DNA of 64,000 nucleotides from Candidatus Marinacidobacterales bacterium (GCA_965237955.1 OZ250169.1:512001-576000), one strand, 5' to 3'. Numbered from the stretch's first letter, positions 1-10,776 are shown. A program made the numbers and translations. Notes: generated by a model not told the origin, from the letters alone.

Positions 1-2
1 AT

Positions 3-1580
3 GTCAACGAAGGCGCCATCGAGTGGCCACCAAGCCCCTGGCGAGTGCTTCGCGCCCTGGTGGCGACGGGCTTCTCGAAGCTTGCTTGGCAAGCGGTGCC
101 CGATGATGCGTGCTCCCTGATTACGCACCTCGCTACCGAGCCTCCGAGTTTTCGACTTCCTGCAGGCGAGGTCTCCCACACGCGCCATTACATGCCCGTG
201 ATCGAAGGACGGAAGCAGACCACGACCAAGGTCATCGATACCTTTGTGCGGTTAGACGCAGGTGAGGAGCTTCTCATCCATTTTCCTAGCGAGTTGCCGT
301 CCGACGAGCTGGAACTTCTCGAGAGCCTAGTCTCAAGCCTCGGATACTTCGGCCGAGCCGAGAGCTGGGTTGAAGGACGCTTGGCTGACGACGTGATTCC
401 CGATGCAACGTGGTGCGTCGCTCGCCAGAATGGCTCATCATCGTTGCCTGACCTAGGCGGCGGCGACGTAGCTCTCCTCGCTCCGGTTTCGGCATCGGAA
501 TATGACTCCTGGCGAAGCGCGGCGAGCGAACAAGCTAAGAGAGCGGCGTTCGCAAGCGTTCGGGCTGCCGCTGCGGCAAAGCACAAGCAGGCCACCAAGA
601 CGCAGCTTGCCCAGGCAGAAGCGAAAATCATGGCACTGTACCCAGACGACCTACTCGGCTGCCTGCTCCAGGAGACCGCCGACTTGCAGCAGCAAGGTTG
701 GAGTCAGCCACCCGGTTCTCAGCAGATCCTGTATCGCCGGCCGGCAGGAACACTCGAGCGCCGGCCGCGACATCAAGCCTTTCATCCACGCTCCAGGCCT
801 TCCGTTCAGGCCGCGTTGCTGGCCCTCACTTCGGATACGAAACGCGGTGATGTCCTTCCATTGTTCACGCGCTGCCTGCCGCAGGCTGAGCTGCTTCACC
901 AGTCGCTGGTCAGCCTGCTCGGCGACGAGGCCTCGATGTGCTCCGTCCTTTCCGGCCGAGATCCAACCGAGGGCGGCCGTCTAACTGGTCACCAACACGC
1001 TCACTATCTGCCTTTGGATCTGGACGAGGACGGTCGCCTCGACCACGTCATCGTTCACGCGCCCATGGGGCTTGACGAGCGTGCTCAAGCAGCGATCGGA
1101 CGCTTGCGGCGAACCTGGACTAAGGGTGGCGACAAGGATATCTTCGTTGCATGCGTTGGAATGGCCGACCTGTCGCAAGTCGCCGCGCAGTTGCGCCGGC
1201 GTTCAGGCAGATCCCTTTCGGAGTTGTCGACATCCCACCGCTGGAGCAGCATCACGCCCTTCGTTCCACCGCGACATCTCAAAAAGCGGAACCACAGTCT
1301 GGAAGATCAGATTCGCGCAGAGCTCGAAAGCAGAAGTCTGCCACCGCCGCAGCTCATTGACACGTTCAGCAGGAAAGAGCTGATTGAGAAGAAGCTGTTG
1401 CGCTTTGTCCGTACGCGCCGCGGCGAGAAACCCCAGCCCCCCGCGCACCGAGCGTTCGGTATTCGGCTAGTCTTCGACGAATCCATTTCTGGGCCGATCA
1501 CTCTCGGCTACGCCAGCCACTACGGACTCGGCCTGTTCGCGGCCGAACACGGTGGCGCGGGTTCCAACCGCGTACGCTAA
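3..1580 (+). CDS. csb2: Type I-G (I-U) Csb2 (Cas5/Cas6 fusion, GSU0054 family), 5' end outside window
   Basis: Frame is open from base 3 (VNEGAIEWPPSPWRVLRALVATG, Csb2 N-terminal motif). It has LGYFGRAESWV and a C-terminal Gly-rich GPITLGYASHYGLGLF loop, and lies directly upstream of cas4-cas1. Confidence 0.9.
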   Translation, partial: VNEGAIEWPPSPWRVLRALVATGFSKLAWQAVPDDACSLITHLATEPPSFRLPAGEVSHTRHYMPVIEGRKQTTTKVIDTFVRLDAGEELLIHFPSELPSDELELLESLVSSLGYFGRAESWVEGRLADDVIPDATWCVARQNGSSSLPDLGGGDVALLAPVSASEYDSWRSAASEQAKRAAFASVRAAAAAKHKQATKTQLAQAEAKIMALYPDDLLGCLLQETADLQQQGWSQPPGSQQILYRRPAGTLERRPRHQAFHPRSRPSVQAALLALTSDTKRGDVLPLFTRCLPQAELLHQSLVSLLGDEASMCSVLSGRDPTEGGRLTGHQHAHYLPLDLDEDGRLDHVIVHAPMGLDERAQAAIGRLRRTWTKGGDKDIFVACVGMADLSQVAAQLRRRSGRSLSELSTSHRWSSITPFVPPRHLKKRNHSLEDQIRAELESRSLPPPQLIDTFSRKELIEKKLLRFVRTRRGEKPQPPAHRAFGIRLVFDESISGPITLGYASHYGLGLFAAEHGGAGSNRVR

Positions 1581-1591
1581 ACGGGGCTATT

Positions 1592-3313
1592 GTGGATGAC
1601 GGGTCACGCGCGGAAGATTTCCTCCCCGTGCGCATGCTCAACGAGTTCGCCTACTGTCCCCGGCTTTTTCACCTGATGCACGTGGAAGGCCGTTGGGCCG
1701 ACAACGTCTATACCGTCGAGGGGAAACAAGCTCACCGGCGAGTGGACAAACTCGACCACGTCTTACCCGATCCAGAAGCCAGCCTCTCTAATCAGCCCGA
1801 CGTTTCTTCTGTTACCGCTAGATTTGATGACGACGAACCACCCACCGTGACTCGTTCGGTACCGCTCTCCTCGGATCGTCTTCGTATCACAGCCAAGCTC
1901 GACTTGGTTTCCAGCGACGGGCGTGAGGCTGTGCCCGTCGAAACGAAGCGCGGGCGCGTGCCCAACAACGATCACCGTTCGTGGGAGCCGGAGCGCGTAC
2001 AGCTGATGGCACAGGGGCTGCTCTTGCGCGAACACGGCTACCAGTGCGACCACGGATTGCTCTATTTCTCAGGCTCCAGAACACGCGTCGACGTGCCGTT
2101 CACCACCGAGCTTGAAGCGCTGACGCTGTCGTTAATCGAGGAGGCGCGCCAGTCCGCATATCGAGAGAAACTGCCTCCCCCTCTCGAAGATAGTCCTAAG
2201 TGCATTGGATGTTCCCTCAATGGAATCTGCCTGCCGGATGAGACGCTCGCACTTCAGCAAGTCCCTGCGGATCCCATAGCACCGGCCGTACGCCGACTGT
2301 ATCCGGCCCGCGATGACGCCGTTCCACTGTATGTACAGGAGCAGGGAGCGAAGGTCGGAAAAACCGCAGAGAACTTGATCATCCGCAAGGGCAAGGACAA
2401 CCTGGCCTCCGCCCGCCTCAAAGACGTGAGCCAGCTCGTATTGTGCGGGAACGTAGGCGTCAGCGCCCAAACCATTCATCTTCTCTCTGAAGCGGGCGTT
2501 CCTATCGTTCACCTATCTTCGGGGCACTGGTTCCATGCAATCACATATGGTATCGGGCTTCGCAATGCCTATGATCGCGCTGCGCAATTTGCGGCTGCGG
2601 CCCAACCGAACAGGTGTCTGAGCTTCGCAAAAGCGGTCGTTGCCGCGAAAGGGTCGAATCAACGCACGATGCTGAGACGTAACGGAACCGTCACCGATCG
2701 TACGCTTCGTGAAATGCAGGAATTGATCAAGAGCACGGCTCGGGTTCAGAGTGTGGAACAATTGCTTGGTCTCGAAGGCAGCCTCGCAGCACACTATTTT
2801 CGGCACTTCGATGGCATGCTCCGACCACGGGACTTCGATGCGGTGTGGGACTTCGCGAGCCGAAATCGGCGCCCGCCGAAGGACCCCGTCAATGCGCTGC
2901 TTTCCTTTGGCTACGCCCTACTGACCAAGGAGTGCACGGTGGCCCTCTTGGCTGAAGGTTTGGACCCGTGGTGGGGCTTCTATCACCGACCTCGACATGG
3001 ACGCCCAGCCCTCGCATTGGATTTGATGGAGCCACTGCGCCCTTTGATCGCGGACTCCGCCGTCGTGAGTGCCGTGAACACCGGAATGTTAAAGGCCAAG
3101 GATTTCACGACGAGCAGGGCCGGATGCATGCTCAATCCAATCGCGCGCAAGGCCATGATCCAAGCCTATGAATCCCGGCTCGACCAGGTGGTTACTCATC
3201 CGGTGTTCGGCTATCGCTGCTCGTGGCGGAGCATGATTCGAGTTCACGCCCGATTGCTGGCACGTTGGTTGCGGGGAGACGTGCCCAGCTATCAAAGCAT
3301 CGTCACCCGCTGA
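1592..3313 (+). CDS. cas1: Cas4-Cas1 fusion
   Basis: N-terminal Cas4 (YCPR, KLDLV, PVETKRG, C-terminal CIGCSLNGIC Fe-S cysteines) is followed by Cas1 (LLGLEG, RNRRPPKDPVNALLSFGY, GFYH, LALDLMEPLR). This fusion is typical of type I-G. Confidence 0.95.
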   Translation: MDDGSRAEDFLPVRMLNEFAYCPRLFHLMHVEGRWADNVYTVEGKQAHRRVDKLDHVLPDPEASLSNQPDVSSVTARFDDDEPPTVTRSVPLSSDRLRITAKLDLVSSDGREAVPVETKRGRVPNNDHRSWEPERVQLMAQGLLLREHGYQCDHGLLYFSGSRTRVDVPFTTELEALTLSLIEEARQSAYREKLPPPLEDSPKCIGCSLNGICLPDETLALQQVPADPIAPAVRRLYPARDDAVPLYVQEQGAKVGKTAENLIIRKGKDNLASARLKDVSQLVLCGNVGVSAQTIHLLSEAGVPIVHLSSGHWFHAITYGIGLRNAYDRAAQFAAAAQPNRCLSFAKAVVAAKGSNQRTMLRRNGTVTDRTLREMQELIKSTARVQSVEQLLGLEGSLAAHYFRHFDGMLRPRDFDAVWDFASRNRRPPKDPVNALLSFGYALLTKECTVALLAEGLDPWWGFYHRPRHGRPALALDLMEPLRPLIADSAVVSAVNTGMLKAKDFTTSRAGCMLNPIARKAMIQAYESRLDQVVTHPVFGYRCSWRSMIRVHARLLARWLRGDVPSYQSIVTR

Positions 3314-3606
3314 TGACGAGCCGAAAACGGTACTTGGTCGCTTACGACGTCGCAGATGATAAGCGGCGCAACCAGGTCTTCAGAACGTTGTCTGGCTATG
3401 GGGACCGCGCACAATACAGCGTCTTTTTCTGCGAGGTGAATCCCCGCGAGCTGGCGGAGCTCCGCGGCAAGCTTCACCGGACCATCCATGATAGTGAGGA
3501 TCAGGTCATGATACTGAAGCTGGGTGCGGCCACACAACCGCTAGAAACAGATCTCCAATGTCTTGGAAAACCCTATCGACCGGCAACAACGGTATTCGTT
3601 GTATGA
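3313..3606 (+). CDS. cas2: Cas2
   Basis: ATG overlaps the cas1 stop (TGATG). MTSRKRYLVAYDVADDKRR...AQYSVF...EDQVMI, 97 aa. Confidence 0.95.
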   Translation: MTSRKRYLVAYDVADDKRRNQVFRTLSGYGDRAQYSVFFCEVNPRELAELRGKLHRTIHDSEDQVMILKLGAATQPLETDLQCLGKPYRPATTVFVV

Positions 3607-3776
3607 TTCGAGTGGCGGAGTGGTGCCCGAGTGCCCGCCGCCGCTCGTGCTCTTTGACAACTAGAGGTTTAAGCCATGACGACGCGGCCCACGAGCCAGT
3701 GCGAGCGCGTGCATACAACGACCTCTCGATAACAAGCGAAAAAGCCTTTATTTCGCAAAGAGTTGTCGAGCGGTCT
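3607..3776 (+). promoter_or_regulatory. CRISPR leader
   Basis: 170-bp non-coding stretch between cas2 and the first repeat, with an AT-richer distal part (AAAAAGCCTTTATTTCGCAAAG). Confidence 0.7.
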
Positions 3777-6700
3777 GTTTCCGCGTTCATGAGAACGCGG
3801 CCCCATTGAAGCCTGTGGCGCTGGGAACCGTCCAATCATCCGCGACGGGTTTCCGCGTTCATGAGAACGCGGCCCCATTGAAGCGACCGCAACGCCGTCG
3901 CGATCCCAAATGTCACCGTCGGGTTTCCGCGTTCATGAGAACGCGGCCCCATTGAAGCGTTACTGTGACCGTTGTGTGAGTTTGAGACAAGAGAAGTTTC
4001 CGCGTTCATGAGAACGCGGCCCCATTGAAGCGGCTTCGGTTTAGGTTTCGGCGATGGCGTCGGGACAGTTTCCGCGTTCATGAGAACGCGGCCCCATTGA
4101 AGCAGCGCGGCCTGGTAAGCCTCAGCCATGGCCTTAGCGTTTCCGCGTTCATGAGAACGCGGCCCCATTGAAGCCCCTAGGAGTATGTGACATCACCGGT
4201 CGGCATAAACGTGTTTCCGCGTTCATGAGAACGCGGCCCCATTGAAGCCCACGCTGTCCGCATCGCCTCATGCCACTCGGGACACGTTTCCGCGTTCATG
4301 AGAACGCGGCCCCATTGAAGCCATGCTGAGTTCCGGCGCGCCTCGTCCACAGGCAGCGTTTCCGCGTTCATGAGAACGCGGCCCCATTGAAGCCTGCACG
4401 TCCGCTGCTTGCCCCCGAGCCGTCTTGAGGTTTCCGCGTTCATGAGAACGCGGCCCCATTGAAGCACGACGTGATCGCCTTTGAAGGTGATCGCAGCGTT
4501 GTCGTTTCCGCGTTCATGAGAACGCGGCCCCATTGAAGCAGATCTGCCACCACGGGCCACGCGCCCATCTGAGCGAGTTTCCGCGTTCATGAGAACGCGG
4601 CCCCATTGAAGCTTAAGCACAAAGTTGACGGTCGCGATCCCACCACTCGTGTTTCCGCGTTCATGAGAACGCGGCCCCATTGAAGCTGAACCAATACAGG
4701 TAGACCCCTCGCCCCCCAATCGGGTTTCCGCGTTCATGAGAACGCGGCCCCATTGAAGCTCTGAACCGGCGCCTCTTTCGGTTTCGCCAATCTCGTTTCC
4801 GCGTTCATGAGAACGCGGCCCCATTGAAGCGGGGACAATAGGAGTAATGGTGGGAAGGCCCCGAAACGTTTCCGCGTTCATGAGAACGCGGCCCCATTGA
4901 AGCGAGCTTCGCGCGAGCGTCCACAGCCGAAACCATTTCCGTTTCCGCGTTCATGAGAACGCGGCCCCATTGAAGCCATTTTCGCGTTTACGTAGAGAGA
5001 GCCCCCCGCACGGTTTCCGCGTTCATGAGAACGCGGCCCCATTGAAGCGTATTCGTCGCCATATAGACGATCCCTAACCTGGTCGTTTCCGCGTTCATGA
5101 GAACGCGGCCCCATTGAAGCGCGCGGTAGCGCCCGCCGATATCGGCGCCGCAGTCGGGTTTCCGCGTTCATGAGAACGCGGCCCCATTGAAGCGCAATCG
5201 CCGCCTCAGGTGTCCCCTTGTTGTCCTTGTTTCCGCGTTCATGAGAACGCGGCCCCATTGAAGCTCGCCGTGCGCGCGCCGCACTCCATTGACGGCGCTC
5301 GTTTCCGCGTTCATGAGAACGCGGCCCCATTGAAGCATGACGGCCTCAATGTAGCCCGGCACATCCCTCCACGTTTCCGCGTTCATGAGAACGCGGCCCC
5401 ATTGAAGCGCGGTAGCTGAACCTCGACGCGCTCCGAGATAAGCTGTTTCCGCGTTCATGAGAACGCGGCCCCATTGAAGCCTCGACTTCCCCATCCGGGC
5501 GGCGATGGCTCGCGGGTTTCCGCGTTCATGAGAACGCGGCCCCATTGAAGCGACGCCGTCTACGTACAGCGCGATTGGCTTCCTGACGTTTCCGCGTTCA
5601 TGAGAACGCGGCCCCATTGAAGCCTGACTCCCGACGGTTTGCCGAAGTGTGAGCGTGTTGGTTTCCGCGTTCATGAGAACGCGGCCCCATTGAAGCAAGA
5701 TGGAGGACGTCTCCGCAACGGGGATGCCCATCATGTTTCCGCGTTCATGAGAACGCGGCCCCATTGAAGCGTGCCGCCTCGAGCGATAGGGAGTTGGCCG
5801 GTAGGATGTTTCCGCGTTCATGAGAACGCGGCCCCATTGAAGCGACGCCTCGCACGATGTCGCACGCCGAGCCGTTGACGTTTCCGCGTTCATGAGAACG
5901 CGGCCCCATTGAAGCACCTTGCCCCTTGCTTTAAGCTTGGTCAGCACCGCGTGTTTCCGCGTTCATGAGAACGCGGCCCCATTGAAGCCGGACGTGCAAG
6001 CGGTGCGAGGCCGATGACCAGCAGGTTTCCGCGTTCATGAGAACGCGGCCCCATTGAAGCCGTTCCAGGTGACGGGACAGCACGACGGAGGAGGCCGGTT
6101 TCCGCGTTCATGAGAACGCGGCCCCATTGAAGCCTGGCCCAGTTCGGCCCAGGAGAGATAATCGCGTTTGTTTCCGCGTTCATGAGAACGCGGCCCCATT
6201 GAAGCCTGTCGTAACCATCGACGACCCGGCGAAGGCACAGGCCTAGTTTCCGCGTTCATGAGAACGCGGCCCCATTGAAGCAGGAGAATCAGGCGCACCT
6301 GCACCCACATGCTCGCCATGTTTCCGCGTTCATGAGAACGCGGCCCCATTGAAGCGTGTCTAGCTTATTGGGGTACGCTGCGCCAATTAGGTTTCCGCGT
6401 TCATGAGAACGCGGCCCCATTGAAGCCAGCTCTCCCGCCGTCGCAAGTGCAAGAGTTGACGGCGTTTCCGCGTTCATGAGAACGCGGCCCCATTGAAGCA
6501 AGATCAGCACAGTCTCGACGCCGCGACCAGAGAGGCGTTTCCGCGTTCATGAGAACGCGGCCCCATTGAAGCGGCTCGCCAGCTAGGAGGAACGTTAGGA
6601 TGAAATTCGTTTCCGCGTTCATGAGAACGCGGCCCCATTGAAGCTGGCCCGAAGAGCTACTAGTCAGAGTAGGTGGAGACCCGTTTCCGCGTTCATGAGA

Positions 6701-8264
6701 ACGCGGCCCCATTGAAGCCCCAAGCCCATCTCGTCTCCCAGGAGCGTGCCGTCCCGTTTCCGCGTTCATGAGAACGCGGCCCCATTGAAGCTGCTCCCTG
6801 ACAGCGGCCCTGCTAGAAAGCACAGAAGTTTCCGCGTTCATGAGAACGCGGCCCCATTGAAGCCGAACGCGCGTCGGACGTCGAGGTGCAGCTCGAGGAG
6901 GTTTCCGCGTTCATGAGAACGCGGCCCCATTGAAGCCGGTCCGTGGGGCTCGCGGATGAGTGAATCGAGAGAAAAGTTTCCGCGTTCATGAGAACGCGGC
7001 CCCATTGAAGCGTGGCAGCCTCTCTCAGCTTTGTGGCAGCCTTTCTCAGCTGTTTCCGCGTTCATGAGAACGCGGCCCCATTGAAGCGGACCGGAACTGC
7101 GGTTTCATACCGAGGGTTTAACCCCGTTTCCGCGTTCATGAGAACGCGGCCCCATTGAAGCGACTTTGAGATGCGCTCGAGTACGGGGGAGCGCATCGCG
7201 TTTCCGCGTTCATGAGAACGCGGCCCCATTGAAGCGAGCTGGTAGACCTTTCCGGCCGTCAACTCCCCTGGCAGGTTTCCGCGTTCATGAGAACGCGGCC
7301 CCATTGAAGCGTCACGGCTCATAGATCCGCAGATCAAAGACTCCGGTTTCCGCGTTCATGAGAACGCGGCCCCATTGAAGCATGAAGCGAGACCCCAATC
7401 AGTCTCAGCTGCATCCGTGTTTCCGCGTTCATGAGAACGCGGCCCCATTGAAGCGCGGCGCTCAGCTTCCCCTCCATGCCTCGGATGATGTCGGGTTTCC
7501 GCGTTCATGAGAACGCGGCCCCATTGAAGCCGGACGTGTCAGCGGTGCGAGGCCGATGACCGGCAGGTTTCCGCGTTCATGAGAACGCGGCCCCATTGAA
7601 GCATTACGACGCCTCAAGCCCGATGCTCCGAGAGTTTCGTGTTTCCGCGTTCATGAGAACGCGGCCCCATTGAAGCGGTTTCACACGACACTCGCGCGCT
7701 TGGAGTCCGGTGAGTTTCCGCGTTCATGAGAACGCGGCCCCATTGAAGCCTTCCCTGTGACGCTATCCCAGGAGTCCGCCACAGAGGTTTCCGCGTTCAT
7801 GAGAACGCGGCCCCCCATTGAAGCTAGTCCCACATCGCTGTACGCGGCCATCTGAGAGCCGTTTCCGCGTTCATGAGAACGCGGCCCCATTGAAGCCCTT
7901 GAGCGAGGCTTTCGCCATCTTCATCTGAATCCCGTTTCCGCGTTCATGAGAACGCGGCCCCATTGAAGCCCGCCCGAGTGGGACGCCTGCGCGCCTACGG
8001 GAACGCCATGTTTCCGCGTTCATGAGAACGCGGCCCCATTGAAGCGTGCCGGCGCATTGCCATGTCGATCGCGTCGTTCACGTTTCCGCGTTCATGAGAA
8101 CGCGGCCCCATTGAAGCATCGTGAAGCTGTCGCCGTTGGCAATCGTCGAGGCGGGGTTTCCGCGTTCATGAGAACGCGGCCCCATTGAAGCTTGAAAGGA
8201 GCAAAAGGATGGAAGATGAACGGTTAGAGTTTCCGCGTTCATGAGAACGCGGCCCCATTGAAGC
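3777..8264 (+). CRISPR. CRISPR array: 62 repeats of 36 bp, 61 complete spacers of about 35-40 bp, plus a truncated 62nd spacer
   Basis: Repeat GTTTCCGCGTTCATGAGAACGCGGCCCCATTGAAGC, with 8-bp hairpin CCGCGTTC-ATGA-GAACGCGG and 3' ATTGAAGC. Counted by hand, mean period about 73 bp. Repeat 56 (7787-7824) has two extra C. Confidence 0.98.
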
Positions 8265-8296
8265 GGGTTTGGAAGCAAACCTAGTCACCGAACCCC

Positions 8297-8337
8297 GTCC
8301 TGTGCCAAAACTCGGCCCTTTTGAAATAGACCATAAA
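8297..8337 (+). mobile_element. Orphan left end of IS family A
   Basis: GTCCTGTGCCAAAACTCGGCCCTTTTGAAATAG is identical to the terminus upstream of the transposase at 38146-39216. Confidence 0.9.
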
Positions 8338-8510
8338 GATCGCGAAGCGTGCCCCAATCGTCGAGGGCAAGCTGGACGTGACGAAGATCGAGGCCATCGA
8401 CTTGGATAATCTGGCGCGGAAGTTTCGGACACAACGGATTATCTTTAAAACCGCGCGGGAACGTTTACGACCAAATGCAGGAGAGCTGGCGTCGGCAGGC
8501 AGAAAGTAGC
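8338..8510 (+). pseudogene. Internal fragment, possibly of a type III-like restriction subunit
   Basis: Translates IAKRAPIVEGKLDVTKIEAIDLDNLARKFRTQRIIFKTA with no start codon. The family resemblance is from memory only. Confidence 0.3.
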
Positions 8511-8518
8511 CGCCCGCG

Positions 8519-8866
8519 TCATTCCGGAAGGCCGCGTCGTACTCGGTAGCGGCTGACACTGGGGCGCGTTCGCGAGTCCGCGCGGGCTCGGTCCAGCACC
8601 TGGCCCCAGTCCTGCTTCCGCTGCGGTCGATCGTCCACCGTGTGGTCCTCCATCCCCTGGCGGTCCGACGCCGCATCCCATGCCGCTGCCCGGGCACGCC
8701 AAGCCCCACGATTCGCCCAGCCCTTCCAAGTGTTCAGGCTAGGTGAAAGCTCCGCAGCCGCCGCAGCCGCCGCCCGCAACGTACGGTTCGGGCCCATACT
8801 ACGATAGACGATGAACGCCGCCCACGCCTTCGCACTCTCACCATCTTGTTGATCCCACATATCCAT
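8519..8866 (-). CDS. Phage-type small HTH-like protein (terminase small subunit-like), probably truncated
   Basis: WDQQDGESAKAWAAFIVYRSMGPNRTL...W..RAAAWD pattern is typical of a phage protein family. Confidence 0.45.
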   Translation of the reverse strand: MDMWDQQDGESAKAWAAFIVYRSMGPNRTLRAAAAAAAELSPSLNTWKGWANRGAWRARAAAWDAASDRQGMEDHTVDDRPQRKQDWGQVLDRARADSRTRPSVSRYRVRRGLPE

Positions 8867-9126
8867 GTGGCGAGTATAAGCCCACGCGTCGCGAGCGAGA
8901 AGTTAACTTCAGAGTGATTGGTACGCTAGTGTCAGTTGGCCTGCCCGTGTCGGCGAACGCCATAAAGAAGGATGTCGGCGTGCACACGAAGATGTCCCTG
9001 AATGTCAGGCACCACGTGGTCAGCGCAGCCGGCATCGCCGAAAGAACTGCGTCTCTCGAAATCAGGCTCAACCTCTAGCACGAGAACGGGTTACGCGGCG
9101 GCTACCAACACTTAATTTCGGAAGCA

Positions 9127-9390
9127 CCGGTTTTCGTCTCTAATCTCGATTTTCGAGTGCCACGTTCGCGCCAAAGGGGGGAGCGGGCCGCTGACAGGGC
9201 CGTGCAGCGTCGGAAAAGAAGCCATCCGGGAGGCCCAGAATCGAGCTCGGGGCTACCGCGGCGTAGCTGGCCTAGCCCGTTCTGGTCCAGGTGCGGCCCT
9301 GGCCTTATTGATATCCATCTTTCCCCAGGACCTGGGTCCAAATCTTCGCCCGGGAGCGTGACATCCCGTTTCTGGACGTTGTTTCCCTGA
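9127..9390 (+). repeat. Partial copy of a ~420-bp non-coding repeat associated with the serine-recombinase element
   Basis: Shares TTTCGTCTCTAATCTCGATTTTCGAGTGCCACG...GCGGCGTAGCTGGCCTAGC..GTTCTGGTCC with 13172-13490 and 18258-18677. Confidence 0.8.
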
Positions 9391-9590
9391 GCACTTGAAG
9401 GAGGACAAGGTATTGATCGAAAGGTGGCGGCAAGAGTTCAATCGCTTCAGACCCCACAGCTCGTTAGGTTACCGACCGCAGCGCCGGAAACGATTCGGTT
9501 GAAACCGGCTCCGCTCCGCCGGCTTCAACCAGCCATTGTCAGCACCGAATGACTGAGATACAACGTGGTGCTAACCGTGGGGTCAGGTCA
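9391..9590 (+). pseudogene. IS3-family OrfB C-terminal remnant and right end
   Basis: KVLIERWRQEFNRFRPHSSLGYRP, followed by ...GGGGTCAGGTCA. Confidence 0.7.
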
Positions 9591-9619
9591 CCTTTCACGG
9601 ACAGGAGGACAACTCCTGA

Positions 9620-10141
9620 GTGAAACCCAGAGAATCCCTGAAAGAGAACACTTCCGGCGTGTTAAGACTCTTCGTCTACGGCACGCTCAAGCGCGGGTAC
9701 TGGAACCACGACCCCTTCTGCCGAGGCGTGCTGGCGATCCAGGAGGCCCAAGTTCGGGGCCGCCTCTTCGAAGGGCCCGGCTTCCCCGTTCTTGAGGTGC
9801 CCGACGAGGACATCCTCGCTCACGGAACTGGAGACCCCCTAGCCGACATGGGCACACAGGCGCGCCTGTCCGGGCAGTGGCGTCCCCGACCGGTCTCCGA
9901 AAGCACCACAGTGGGCGCATGGGGCACCGTGTACGGGGAGCTGCTCACCTTCGACGACCCACAATCCCGCCTGTCTGCCATCGACCACCTGGAGGGCTTC
10001 CGTCCAGGCGGTTCCAGCTTGTACCGCCGTGTGCTGGTGCCCGCCACGGTCCACGGAATCCGGGAACTCGCCTGGGTCTATACGGTCGAGGCGACCCGCA
10101 TCAAACGGCGCCGGATCGTATCCGGCTGCTGGCCGAAGTAA
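9620..10141 (+). CDS. Gamma-glutamylcyclotransferase (AIG2-like) family protein
   Basis: LFVYGTLKRG motif, VYGEL, IDHLEG, LYRR, AWVY; AGGAGG RBS upstream. Confidence 0.85.
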   Translation: MKPRESLKENTSGVLRLFVYGTLKRGYWNHDPFCRGVLAIQEAQVRGRLFEGPGFPVLEVPDEDILAHGTGDPLADMGTQARLSGQWRPRPVSESTTVGAWGTVYGELLTFDDPQSRLSAIDHLEGFRPGGSSLYRRVLVPATVHGIRELAWVYTVEATRIKRRRIVSGCWPK

Positions 10142-10167
10142 CACACTCACTTGCCGACGGCATTCCC

Positions 10168-10220
10168 GTCCTGTGCCAAAACTCGCCCCTCTTGAAATAG
10201 ACCACAAATCAGCAGCTTAG
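10168..10220 (+). mobile_element. Orphan left end of IS family A
   Basis: GTCCTGTGCCAAAACTCGCCCCTCTTGAAATAGACCACAAATCAGCAGCTTAG. Confidence 0.85.
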
Positions 10221-10337
10221 ACGCCCTTGGAATCCGCCGACCCTTGGGCTGCGTGGCGAGCTACGGGCAGTGAACTTCGCACCCGGAAGTCCTTTATTAG
10301 ACTGGACTTTATCGAGCACAAGAGCGAACGTTCGGTG

Positions 10338-10775
10338 ATGCCGCAGGATACAGGGGTTGGCCGGAACGTCGTTTTGGACGGTTTGGACTTCGCCAGCTTA
10401 CGGCGGGTCTGGGAGCAGGCCTTCGGGGCTGCTCCCCCACGCTCGCTCTCTCGCGTTTTCATGCGCCGCGTTCTCTTGCACAAACGCCAGTGCCGGACCC
10501 ATGGCGGGCATTCGGCCACAACCCGGCGCGCTCTGGCTGCCATGGCGAACGGGACGCCAGGCAACGGCGCCGCCGCTCCCGCAGGATCCGTTTCCCCCGG
10601 TACCCATCTCGTCCGCGAGTGGAATGGCCGGACCTACCAGGTCGAGGTAATCGACAACGGCTATCGGTTCGATGGCAAAACCTATCCGTCCCTCACGGCC
10701 ATCACAAAGCGAATCACCGGCACCCACTGGTCTGGACCACGCTTTTTCGGTCTGACGCCCAAGCGCAAGGCCTAA
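10338..10775 (+). CDS. DUF2924 family protein
   Basis: PGTHLVREWNGRTYQVEV...GYRFDGKTYPSLTAITKRITGTHWSGPRFFGL signature, immediately upstream of a serine recombinase. Confidence 0.9.
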   Translation: MPQDTGVGRNVVLDGLDFASLRRVWEQAFGAAPPRSLSRVFMRRVLLHKRQCRTHGGHSATTRRALAAMANGTPGNGAAAPAGSVSPGTHLVREWNGRTYQVEVIDNGYRFDGKTYPSLTAITKRITGTHWSGPRFFGLTPKRKA

Positions 10776-10776
10776 C

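Noticed and set aside
3885-4650. Spacers 2 and 12 share GTCGCGATCCCA
   Set aside because: A 12-mer with unrelated flanks, compatible with chance.
7162-7199. Spacer 47 sharing GAGATGCGCTCG with the family B IS left end
   Set aside because: Only 12 nt match and the rest diverges, so not credible self-targeting. No full spacer match in the window was spotted by eye, though an exhaustive search was not possible.
3669-8278. Many minus-strand ORFs with repeated MGPRSHERGN / LQWGRVLMNAET
   Set aside because: They are translations of the CRISPR repeat, not proteins.
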